Source: Tricharina praecox (lineage: Eukaryota). Taken from it: DNA of 64,000 nt. The stretch lies in assembly GCF_024521635.1 (NCBI RefSeq), contig NW_026250414.1, positions 372,001-436,000 of the forward strand, given 5' to 3'. Below are positions 25,428 to 36,972 of the stretch, in pieces. The position numbers and the translations under genes were made by a program. Under the pieces are notes generated by a model. That model saw only the letters and a program-made list of their open reading frames with translations. It was not told the origin of the DNA and ran no database searches. Position 1 is the first letter of the stretch; each line of letters opens with the position of its first letter.

Positions 25428-25879
25428 GTAGTGGAGGGAAGGATGGGGGGTGTTTTGATCTCTTTGTTGGGGTGATATCTATTGTGGTTTGCGGATGGAG
25501 TTGGGGCTTTGATAGAACTCATTATTGGTTACTGAAAGTAATAAAGTAATGAACGCGAATGGCAGCTATCACCACGCAGTGTCATGACGAACACAGAAAT
25601 ACAGGGTCAAATAATGCCATTGATCCTCTAGAAACTCATTCATACAAGCCTTGTCTCTCCTTCAAACATAGGCACTCGTACTTGTACACAGTAAAAGAAA
25701 ACGTAACCAGTAATGCCCCATCTTCCTCCGCCAGTGGAAGCAGTAGCCGTAGCCCTTGCCATAAACCCCCAATCACTCACGCACGCAATCCGGCGTCTCA
25801 TACAAACCAACGTTGGAGAACAGCCGGAAGGAACCTCCACAGCAGCGCCAGCCAGCAAACCGTGCCACCCACAAGCTGC

Positions 25880-26611
25880 TCAAACCTGCGTTGGGACGGC
25901 CGGCTTTCCACCCTCCCTTCCACCAGCCCAGATTCTCTCGCTATCACTGGACCAGTTTGTAGCCCAGTCTGCAGCGCCGTCAGCACCAGCATGAGCGCTC
26001 ACCAGACCCGACGGGCGCACCTGCTGCTGCTGCTGCTGCTGCGTCTGCATGGGCACCTCACACTTCGCCGCTGCGCGGGCGGCCCTCCTCCTGCGAATAG
26101 CGTTCCAGACGCACAGCCAGATCCAGATGCCGACGGTGACGATCCACAGGACGATCGCGGCGAGGATCATGATTCCGCGGGCGCGGTTTGCGCAATCCTC
26201 GTCGTAATAACTCCCGTTCGTGCTTCGACCCGTGTCAAAGTCGTCCCAGAACATGGCGCCGAAGAAGAGCCCGTACGCGATCAGCGAGAGCAGGAAGAGG
26301 ATCAGGTGCATTACGATAATGCCGTGTCGGTGCGCAAGCAGTCGCCAGATACAGCAGTCCCGTCGGTCGGTAGCGAATTGCGGGTCGCCTTTAGGGTGAC
26401 GCGGGCCGAGACAGCAGCAGAGGCATGGAGGGTCGCTGGATGTTGGTGGTGATGATGAGGAGGGGCCGTAGAATATCGGACGGGGAGTGTATGGATAGAA
26501 AGAGGGGGGGGTATGCCTGGTCTCTTCGGGAAAAGCGGCGGTGGTACGCCCGATGTCTTCAGGAGGAGCGTGGGTGGGACGCCTGGAGAAGGGGTTGTAG
26601 CTGCTGTACAT
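25880..26611 (-). CDS. Hypothetical membrane protein with two hydrophobic helices (243 aa)
   Basis: ATG-initiated ORF with hydrophobic segments IIVMHLILFLLSLIAYGLFFGAMFW and GIMILAAIVLWIVTVGIWIWLCVW, followed by RRRR. Confidence 0.65.
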   Translation of the reverse strand: MYSSYNPFSRRPTHAPPEDIGRTTAAFPEETRHTPPSFYPYTPRPIFYGPSSSSPPTSSDPPCLCCCLGPRHPKGDPQFATDRRDCCIWRLLAHRHGIIVMHLILFLLSLIAYGLFFGAMFWDDFDTGRSTNGSYYDEDCANRARGIMILAAIVLWIVTVGIWIWLCVWNAIRRRRAARAAAKCEVPMQTQQQQQQQVRPSGLVSAHAGADGAADWATNWSSDSERIWAGGREGGKPAVPTQV

Positions 26612-27012
26612 TGGAGCCGGAATGGGTGGCTTTGAGCCAGATTGATCGTCGTTAGTAGGAGGGATAGCAGTGGACGAGAACGGAAATCACCTATTGCTAT
26701 GAATGGGAGTAAAGACAAATCAGACTGGAGAGTGGCCTCTTGGTCTCCGGCAATGCTCGAATTCGGAAGGGATGATGGCTTTGTGATGGATACAACTCAA
26801 GGATGGAGGCAATTGGATGTGAATGGGGGTTGGAGGAGAGCACGAGGAAAGTGAGGAAGAAAGGAAGAAACAGATGACGAGGTGCTACACCGACTTGGAT
26901 CACTCGGATGGCCTGTGTGACAGGTATCGTGCTAGCATGAATGGAACCACTCAGCGTCCATGTATATAGCTGTATAACATGGCAAAATCACTCGCAATGC
27001 ACTGCACTGCAC

Positions 27013-28742
27013 TCACTCCCTCGCGAAAACCGTCTTCCCATCCACCCATACCTTCTTGACCCCCTGCTCCCCACCATGCGAGCAAATCCACCTCTCAAAC
27101 TTCATCTCGACGTCTTCCTCGTTCTCCCGTGGGGTATCATCTGCGGAATCATCTTCATCCCACGTCAAGTCCACCATCACCGCATCCCACCTCATGCCGA
27201 CCTCAAAGACCCCGACCTCCAAGCCGAGTGCTTGCGCCCCACCCCTAGTTGACAAATAAAACGCCGTTTTCCAATCGACGACTTCCTCATCCCCTACAGG
27301 CTGCACTCCGCTCTCCTCCCTAGGATCCGTACTCCTATCCCACCGTGGCAGGAATCCATCAATGCGACTCACCAGCCCGGCCATCCTAACGGAGTCGACC
27401 ATGCTAGCCGAATGTCCTCCGGCAATATCCGTTCCCAGGCCGATCTTGACGCCCAACGAGCGAAACCTATTTACTGGAAGCACGGCGCGGGAGAAGAGCA
27501 TGTTCGAGTAAGGACAGGAAGCGATCGCGGCACCGGTTTGTGCCATTGTCCGCGCTTCAGAGTCGTGGAGATGCGTGCAGTGCGCCAGAACCGTTTTCGA
27601 GGTGAGGAGCTTGCAGGACGCCAGGATGGCGATGTCGCGGGCGAGCTCGGGGTGCTGCGAGCGGACTATGAGGGGGTGGGTGTGAGCGGTTGTAGAGAGG
27701 ATGGGACGAGCGGAGTTCCTACCAAGGGCTACTTGATCTACACTCTCGGCGGCATGCGTTTGGATGTGGCAGCTGTACTTCTCCGCAATCTCGCCCAGGC
27801 CCTGCAGCAGCTCGAGGGAGCAGGTCGGCACCTATGTAGGTACCGCTCATCAGTCGCACACCCACTACCTACCTACCTCATGGGCAAGGGCAAGGGCACT
27901 CACGAATCTCGGTGTGACCACGGGCATCACCAATCCATTTCTGCCATGCCGCTCATACACGGACTTTACAAACACCTCTGTATCTGCCAGACTACCAGCG
28001 GTAGTCTCGACATAGTCCTCGGGCAGCAACTGGTCGCTACACGTCTTCCCGACCAACGCGCGCTGCCCGTACTTAGCACACGTCTCGGCGAGGATGAGGG
28101 AGGCGGCTAGATGGTTGGACGCGAAGTACAGCGCGGTGGTGGTACCGTTCCGCAGGAGGCGGCATATCAGGCGCGGGTACACCGCTGAGGCGTGCGCGGT
28201 CGAGGCGAAGGCCGCTTCCGCGGGGAAGGTGTATCTTCACACCGGATCAGTCAGGGTACGATACATAGCGAAGGGTGAACGGGGCGGGGGGACTTTTGCA
28301 GCCATTCCATGAGCGGGACGTCGGTTTTTGTTCCTAGCTGTTTATACTGCGGCGCACTGCCATCCATCACGATCACCGCCTCAGCCTAACTGCCCTTCCC
28401 CTTCCCACGCTGAAGAATTCGGGAAGGCATAGTTACTGCACATGCTGCCGCACAGTCAATCCCTATGTACCTATGCCATTCACCCCCGCTGTTGCCATCG
28501 GGATAACTCACACAATCCACAAAGCCGGGCACAATCACGCAGGTTTTGTTCGCAGTGGTGGATTTATCAGCTTCGTGGTTGGGATCGATCGCCTGGATCC
28601 GGCCATCACGGGAAACGACAACCTTTACATTCTGGCGCACACGAAGTTCTCCAGCGGTGGGCGCATCGATGATGAAAGGACAGTGGAATACAGCTACGTC
28701 TGTCGCTGCGCCCAACGGTGGCTGTGGAAATTTGAGAGGCAT
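27013..28742 (-). CDS. GUD1: Guanine deaminase (amidohydrolase superfamily), 6 exons including an 8-nt microexon
   Basis: PGFVDC|HVH|APQY, LMEWLQKYTFPAE, LLRNGTTTALYFAS, GQRALVGK, PVVTPRFVPTCS, IQTHAAES, LAHCTHL, CPYSN, GLGTDIAGG, STRGGAQAL, KVWVDG. Confidence 0.92.
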
Positions 28743-29471
28743 GCGTAGTGGGGGGGGAGTTTGCGGGGAAGCTCACGAAGCTTGAAGCGAGACGCGAGAG
28801 CTAGTTAGAGTACATAGAGTAGGTCTGGCTGGCACGGAAATCGCTGTGATTGGTCGGTCGGTTGGTAGTGAAATGAGTATATCTCCTCACTCGAGGCTTG
28901 ATTGCTCAGCGACTGGAATTTGTCTGTCTCACGCATTCCATTCTACAGCTTCCGGACCGCGCGTCCATCCTGCTCCATTTCTCCACCGCTGAAAGTTCAA
29001 TCTCGAAAATGAAATGTGCGCGGTGCTGATACTGACGGGTAAAATAAAAAAAAAAACAAGAAGACGCCCTCGGCAGGTGGTGGTATCATATGGTGGTGGT
29101 GGTGGTTGTTGGAAAGATGCAAATAAAAACGAAAGAAAAGAAACCCAACCCCTTCTGCCCATGCCGCGCACGCAGCGTTGTAAGATACAAAACAAAAAGA
29201 AAAAAGAAAAGAACACAGAAAACCCCAAAAACAGGACCATTACGACGCTGTGGCATAGTGTAGGCAAGTATGTAGTGATGATGTAGCAGCAGTAGCAGTA
29301 GTGGTATTGTAATGGTCGTGCCTCGACGCGATGAAAGTAAACCCGAGCTTTCCAAGCAAAAAACGCCGTCGTCGTTATCGATATGGTCGGTGACGGTGCG
29401 CTATCCCGTCGCCATTTTTCCATCTCCCATGCCCCATCCTCCATCTCCAGAGCACCTAGGCCCTTAGACAC

Positions 29472-29979
29472 CTAAGCACCGCGGCTCCTCTTGACAACCT
29501 GCAACTTCTCGCCCTCGAGCACCTCGACATCGTCATCATCCTCCTCCGCACTACTTCCGAGCATTCTCTCGCCCAGCCCAACACCGCCCAGCAAGCCCAC
29601 GCCTCTCCGCCCAGCCGCGGAGGCGCCATTCGTGATCCTAGCGGCGTTTCTCTTCTTCCCCCTCCCGGTCGAGGGCGGCGGCGGCGGCGGCGCGGCAATC
29701 GTCCCGTTCATCTGCTCGGGCGCGAACCCTTCATGCGCCTCCTCGTCGTTCTTGAGGTTGTGGAAGCTCGCGTGGTGCCCGCATCCGTCGCACGCGAACG
29801 ACGACGCCGCTTGTAAGGGGTTCAGCATGAACCGCAGGCAGGGGCAGCAGGAGGACAGCACCGACGGCTTGTGCACGCATTTGCTATGGACGCGGGACGT
29901 GTGTTAGCGCGGGACAGACGGAGGGAGGGAGGGGCGGGGCGGGCGGATGTATTTACCCGCGTGGCACGGGGTAGTTCAT
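29472..29979 (-). CDS. Small hypothetical protein with N-terminal C-x10-CPC-x15-CxxC-x-H-x4-H putative zinc-binding module; intron 29884-29956
   Basis: MNYPVPRG|KCVHKPSVLSSCCPCLRFMLNPLQAASSFACDGCGHHASFH; intron reads GTAAAT..GCTAAC..TAG. Basic patch GRGKKRN and an acidic tail follow. Confidence 0.75.
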
Positions 29980-31341
29980 TATTTGCCAGATGTTTGTGGC
30001 GCCGACGCCGTTCGCGTGCTGGTGGGCGTTCATCGTGGAGGTGTGGGGAGGTATGGTACGGAGCAGAGCACGGGGATGCGAGTAGGTGGTTGGTTGGTTG
30101 GTTTCGGTCGGCGCGTTGATGGTGGTGGTGGTGGTGGTGGTTGTGGTGATGGTGATGGTTGGCTGGAAGGAGGTCGGACGGACGGGCAGGCGGCAGCAGC
30201 AGCAGCAGCAGCAAGAGGCGATGTGTGTCGAATGGAAAGGAAAGTAGTGAGTTAGGTTATGCTATGCAGAGATTGATGGGGATGAGTGAAGAAGGCTGGC
30301 AGATGTTGCAGATGCGTTGCGTTGCGTTGGCGTTCGAGGCAGCAAAAGGGGTTAGCGCGCTTGGTGTGTTTTGCGAGTCGCCGCTTGCCAAGCCGAGCGT
30401 GATCGGCTCTATAGAGACGTCAAGAGGATTCGGACACGCTAGTGATGTGAGTGGGAGCCTTGAGGTGTGATTACGACGGGTGTGTCCGGATACCCCGAAG
30501 TCACATGTATACACACAACAAGAGGTCATTCCAGTAGGCACTTACGCAAGCACGTCTAGTCAAGTCAAGTGAGGTACATCGCGGCTTCAAGATGAATTTT
30601 AGTTCTTGCTTCTAAGGCATTTACTTGAAGTTCCGTCGGCTTTCCCCCAGACCAGGCGATCTCAAAGGACCACCAACTTGCAAACACTGGGTTGTTGGAG
30701 AATAGTTATGTTTCTGCGGTTTCGGATTCCAAGCGGGATATCACGGTACCTACCAGAGTTTCTCGCAGGGACTGAAAGTTTATCCCACGCACTGTTCATG
30801 GCCCGACCGCAGGGCAGAATGGCCCGTGCCGCAGGGCCATATTAAGCTCGCATATGTGAAGTTACTTCATACCGTACCGCCAACAAGGCATGTATATATA
30901 GAGTAAGTTTCCACCACAACCACAAAGCATAAAGCCGTTCTCTCCATATCCTCTCGGCAAGCGTAGCTGAGCGCGTAAGCAGTCATCAAGCTCAGACGAC
31001 GGTTGTTCCCGCACCTCCCTCGAGTTCGTTTATCACATGATCTCCTCCCCGCCGTTCTTCAGCCGCATTCAATAGCAATGCACGATTCCATCGTCTCCGG
31101 CTTTTTCCGCCGCATGTTCGATCGATCTACAGTAGAAGAGGTGCATGCACGGATTTTGCTTGCGTAAGTACTGGTAAAGTTAGACCACCTGGGATGACTG
31201 ATTGATGACTGGTATAAAACGTGCATAAATTGATCAGATTCGAATGACACAAGCTATCTCACTCGCTCTCCTCCAACCCAGCTGGTCTGGGTGATACCAA
31301 CTCTATCTCCGCCACGAATCCTTCTGCCCCCAACAGCGCAG

Positions 31342-32505
31342 CTAAAATATAGCCACAGCATTCGGCGGCCCAGCGACACCTCCCGGAATCTGCGTATATA
31401 AAGCCAAATTAGCCAGATGCACCAGCCAACACACTCACACTCAATCTCTCCATTGGATCAAACGCACCTTCAACGGCACACTGCTAACAAAGAAAGTCCA
31501 CCTCTTGTTCCTCCTGCACTCATCACTCAACCCTTCAAGATCAAACATCTCACCAACCGGCATTCCCCAACCAGCCAGCAACCAGGCATGGAGCGAGAAC
31601 TGTGCCTCCCCCATTGCACCCTCCTTACTCGCCACCTCAAAAGCCGGCGCATCGCCGGCCACCGCGGCAAAACGCCTCTCCCACAGCCACCTTAGCGTAT
31701 CCTCGCTGGGCTCAACGCCGATATACTCCGGTGCGGCGCGGGCCTGCAGTGCTGTCTCCTGTGCGGGCGACAGCAAGTTCCAGGCCGCGGTGAACCCGGA
31801 CCGGATAAACAGGATGTCGCCGGGTCGGAACTTGATCCCTGAGTCGCGCGCAACGGAGGAAAGGTGTGACGCCGGGATCGTCTGTGCTGTGAATGGAGAC
31901 ACAGTTATGTTGTTCTTGCCCGCCCATAAGGCGTAGTCCAGTAGCACCCCGCGCCCCACGATCCCGCCGTTTTCCACCCACACTGTCGGCTGGCGTCAGC
32001 GCTGCTCGACACAGATAAGAAGGGGAGGGGAGGGGGTGGCACCATTTATCCCGAGCGTATCCCCTTGCAGCGTCTGCTCCCTCGTGCGCCCACCGAACCA
32101 CGTCGGGCCCTCCGCATCCGCATATCCATAGTGTCGGAACCCATCCCACTGGCTGCTGCTCTGAGTATTGAGCGTGATGTTATCGGCAAAGGCATTCGGT
32201 CCCAGCGGGCTGACCGTGTGCTGCAGCGGCGGGCGCCCAAAGAACCCCTGGCGCGGCAGGTCCAACGCCCAGTCGAGTGATACCCGGATACCGCTGCGGA
32301 TCTCCCGTGCCGCGGAAACGGTGTTACTAGGCGTCAGAAGGTTGAGCATACCCAGCTGGTCGGTCGAGGCGGGGCCGAAGAGCCCCCATGCGTTGCCGCG
32401 CGGGCCTGGGCGTGTCAGCGGGAGGGAGGAGAAGGGAGGCCAGCTTGTGCCTGCGGAGGCGGCGGCGAGTGGGACGAGGAGGAGGAGAGAGGGGTGGAGA
32501 TACAT
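31342..32505 (-). CDS. Putative cyclase family protein (kynurenine formamidase-like fold), 3 exons, with a signal-peptide-like N-terminus
   Basis: NAWGLFG..DQLGMLNLLT, NTQSSSQWDGFRH, GIVGRGVLLDY, GDILFIRSG, AVAGDAPAFE, LHAWLLAGWGMPVGEMFDLE, SVPLK|IPGGVAGPPNAVAIF-stop. Confidence 0.88.
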
Positions 32506-34189
32506 GCTGGATGCTGGGTGTCGTCAAATCAACCCTTAGGCCCTTCCACCGTGGGTACTTATACTTATACCCCCGCCGCATCGGGACTATTTCTGCGAGC
32601 CAGGTACATACCGTACATACATACATACATCCTGCAGATTTGCCTTGTGGGCCTGGCCAGGACATGGATGCCATCGAGAATCTAGAGTAGCATCTAGATC
32701 CCCACATCTCGCTAGTTTGAGACCGATGAAGCACTCCGTATGTACTATATGCGGCTCGGGACTATGTGGAGGGGCATAATTGCTTCTTTTCGGTAGATAC
32801 TGAATTTAGGCCGTGAGAACGAATGGCCGAGTGGGGTGCTATGATGGATAATACATAGCAGTGCTCACAAGAACCAAGTCAATCCAGTTACCGTAGTGGA
32901 ATGACCGCGAGAAGGATTCCTCCCTCGTATGTAGCATCTTCAACATCCCTCGATCCCAACCTCGTTTCCTAACCTCGGTGCCACTGCCAAAAAAAATTCG
33001 CCGAGACAGTGTGGGGGCGGCGTAGACTGGCAGTCAAGGGAGCATTGTAACCGGCAAAGGGAGGAGGACGGGGCTCAATTCCTTTCCCATCTACTTTGCC
33101 CTCCGCCTACTGTACTTTCGCCTCCATCCCCGCACACCGCAGCCTAATCACCGCCGATCACCCGTCTCCGTCCTCAGCCTCCGTCCTCAGCCACCAGCCC
33201 CCGGCACGGGCCGAGTCGCACGCGGCCATCCAAGCTCCAGAGTCCAGCGAGCGCAAGGCCCAAGCTCGCGGGCCGAAGCGCACATAGTTACACCGTCCCC
33301 GAACCCCAAGTCAAGTCAAGCCAACCCTTGCCGAATGGTATCACACCACCCCTCTTGCATACTCCCAATTCCCCGCCCGCTCACGAATCGTGTTTGTTTC
33401 GTTTGCCCTCCACCACCTACAGGCCGACCAACCGGATCCCTCTCATCCCTCTCTCCTCTCCTTCCGCATCGTAGATTTGTAGATTCGTAGCCGATGTGAT
33501 CCACCAATCAGCGAACTGCCGCTGCAAACTTCCCCTCCCTCCCTCCCTCGCTCAGACTAGATACATAGCATGCAGATTTCACGAATCACGAATCACGATC
33601 GCTCTGTTACAGCAATACTTGCTTCTTCGCGTCGCGGATACTAGCGGGAGTGGCCGACTGTCCGACGTCCGTACGTAGCCGTTTCGTCACACCCCACACC
33701 CCACTTTACAGATCCACCTACTTGGGTCATGTGGATTGTGGATTGTGGATTGAAGTGGAATTGTGATCACGATGAAATATAGTAGGTACTCAAGGTGGAT
33801 AGGTAGGTAATGTACATTTTGATTTGCATTGATCGATCGAGCTCGCAGAAAAAACAGTGAGGAGAAGGAAGAAGAGGGAGAAGAAGAGGGAGAAGAAGAG
33901 GGAGACTTCAAACAGAAGAAGAAGAAGAAGAAGAAGGAGAAGGAGAAGAAGAAGTGACAAGGAGAAGGGAGATTATACAACAAAAAAACAACCACTGACT
34001 GCTGGATCTTCCGATGAAACACGAATACGGTACTCAACGTCCATGTATCCAGGGAAGTCCGTCCGCCACAAAGAGCCATAACGCCGTAGGAAAAAAATAT
34101 AAAGGTAAAGGGAATCCGATATGTATGAAAAATGTACAATGGTGTGGAAATAGCAATAGTGAGGGGTGGAGGGGGAGGGGGGGAGGGAG

Positions 34190-34990
34190 TTAGACTTCTT
34201 CAGTCTGGCCCTCCCCTCTCCACACCTTCCTCCACCTTTCCCACCCGCCCTGCCGCTGCTCCTTAACCACGCCAACGAACCCACGTTCCCTCAACTGTTC
34301 GAGAACAATCTTCATGCCCTCGCGGCTCTTCTGCAGGCCATCACACATCCTGCTCCTTCCGACGAGCTCAATGCTTCTCTGAACGCCGCCTGTGCCCCAA
34401 CCGCCGAGCCAGCCCCGCTTCTCCACGCCCTCCTGGCGTCTAGCTGCGCCAAATTTGCTCTCGAACTTAACGACAGTCCTGACATCGGTGGTCTCAGCCT
34501 CCCTGCCGACCGTGGGCGAGTACACCTGGCTCTCGACCACGCTCAATACCCCGTCCCAGTCGAGATTGCGGTTCTCTGTCGATAGTGTCTGGTTGCGCGC
34601 ATCGACGATCGACTTCTCGAGAATGTACGACTCTTTGATCTTCGGGATGAACCGCACGACCGACGCGGGAAGCTTCCCCCGCTTCAGGTGCAGCCGCGTG
34701 ATGTGCAGGTTGCCTGTGGTGGGATCGATGTGGCTGGACAGCGTGTCTGATGAGACGACGTGCGTGGAGTACGGACTACACACAGTGTCAGCGGGGAATC
34801 GCTGCTGCTACGTGGACGGAGAGAGCTACTTAGGATAGCGGAGGAAGTAGGCGAGCGTTACGGCGGGCCATTGGTAGCTAATCGTCGTCATCGCATCGTC
34901 AGCACTCACTACGGCGAAGAGAGGAAGCAGAGGGCTGGAGGTGGGGGGAAGTTACTCGTAGCTAAACGTATTCTCGTAGAACTTAACCAT
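34190..34990 (-). CDS. UPS1: PRELI/MSF1 family mitochondrial intermembrane-space lipid transfer protein, 3 exons
   Basis: MVKFYENTFSYD|YQWPAVTLAYFLRYPN|PYSTHVVSSDTL..., SYILEKSIVD, TENRNLD..GVLSVVE. Confidence 0.88.
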
Positions 34991-36833
34991 TGTGTCTCGT
35001 GTCTCGTTATCGTTGCTTGTGCGATCGGAGTGTTTTGTTGCTTCTTTGAGGCGCTGGTCCGGCGGTGGGTGGGTGGAGAGGTAGGATGTAGTGAAGAAGC
35101 GTAAGCGGTCGGTGGGGTTAGGCCGTATTCATATGGGTTACGCTGTCGATCGGCCACACCAGCCGCCTGGGGAGTGCGGGAGTGCGGGGAAAGAAGCTGT
35201 TGCACGATAGTGCTATGGTGGGCGGGGGGTGGCAGAGGTTCTCTAAGAGGGGGGCGAGGGAGGTTGACGTTGATGGTGGAAGCGGAGGTAATTGGTTGGT
35301 TGGTTGGCTGGCGGGTGCAGGAGCGATGGATGTGTGGTGAGAAAACCGGCAGCCGTTGTAGTCGTCGTCTCTCGGTTGTGTCGTCGTGTGCGGTGCGGTG
35401 CAACCTTGCCTTGCTTGGTCTTGTGTCTGTCTGGCAAAACAATTCCCCGTCCGTTGCCACTTCCAGGCAAGTCCGCTTTTTACTTTTTCGACTTTACCGA
35501 AGGAAGATCTTCGACGAGCCTATGATCTCAATCCTCGTTCGATGCTTTCCTTCTTCCTCCTCCCCTCCGAGATCGCAAGCTTTATTTATCAACGAAGAAT
35601 CGCGCACGAAGCGAGCAGGCAGAGATCGAAAAAAACTTGAAGAGATTTCAGCCCCCAGGAAATTCTAGTTTACCGCTGTACCGACCGAGCTGCTGCCTGC
35701 GAACACTTTGCAGAGTGCATGTGAATCGGCGAGCGATATTGGAGGGAAAAAACGGGCTGTGTGGGGTGAGCGACCGGGGGGTTTGTCCGCACGCCGAGGA
35801 TGAGGAGGACGGACAGCGGAATGTGAGAATGCATACACTTTGGATTTTGTGACCTGCAATGGAATGTTGAGGAATGTCTTGAATTGGCGGTGCCAGAGGC
35901 CGTCGGGTTGAAACATTCGGAAATATTCCCATGTGCGCGGGTGGATGGCTGCATGAGATGTCACTCGATAAGTTCCGATAAACGTCCGATATAGCCTGAC
36001 TGCCCATGCCGAGTGATTTATATGGCGTATGGGTACGGGCTGGGTTCGCCGTGTTGGATAGAGCAACGGATGTGCCACAGCAGTATCGATCACTCATATT
36101 TCCGTCGCGATTGCAGGCAGTACCCATTTACTCGGCTTCCCTGGGTATCCGCGATATGACTCGATTGCAGGCAATATTTGCTCGACTTCCCTGGGTATCT
36201 GCTAGGTATATGACTCTTTGATTACAGCCGTCGTCCCACATCTCCTGAGCAGTGGTTCCATAATCCATGAGATACCTACAGCACATATCCGAAAACCTAC
36301 ATACCTGTACACACATATGTACTGATCCGCGGCCAAATTAACATCCCATGTAACAGATCATGCATCCGCCGACATGATACATCTCCACCCGTGTTCCACA
36401 CCTTGGCTTCCCGGTCAACTTTCCCAGTTCCCTCCGCCTCTTACATCCCGGAAGGCCCTATAGAGTAACCATACGTGCGTGGTGGTACTGGAAGCCGGCG
36501 GATGCAGGGACGAGTCACGAAGGAACTTCGAGACGAGCTGAGCAGAGCTGGGAGAGCGGGAGGGCGGGAGAGGGGGAGGAGTGGTTGAGTTCTGCAGACT
36601 CTGTCGCGTTGCACGGGCACCCTGTTGGAACTTGGAAGGACTCGTGGTGGTGGTCACTGGAACGGTGGAGATGGAGATGGAGAGACGTGATGTGGGATGT
36701 TCGGGTCTGGGAGCTATAGGTACAAGAGAGAGATAGGGAGAGAGAAAGAAAGAAAACCGAACTGGGACCCGTGGCCGCACTGAATGTTCCAAGCACCCAC
36801 CACCACCGGTCCGACGGACGGCTAGTGCACTAG

Positions 36834-36972
36834 GTAGAGAGGTGGCATGCCTGTGGAATTGGCCTGCCTATCGAACCCGCTCAGACTTTAGGAGAGGAGT
36901 TTATGGATGATTGGTTAGCGTCTAAGCGGGTTCGACAAGTAGGCCAATTGCACAGGCACGCCACCTCTCTAC
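36834..36972. repeat. 139-bp foldback / MITE-like inverted repeat (53-bp arms, 33-nt loop)
   Basis: Arms 36834-36886 and 36920-36972 are reverse complements at 47/53 positions. Confidence 0.9.

Noticed and set aside
25559-26452. 297-aa plus-strand ORF
   Set aside because: Overlaps the 2-TM gene in antisense and has no motifs; likely a shadow.
36108-36215. Two imperfect about 52-bp tandem copies (CGATTGCAGGCA..TTCCCTGGGTATC)
   Set aside because: Real but a small local duplication with no further structure.
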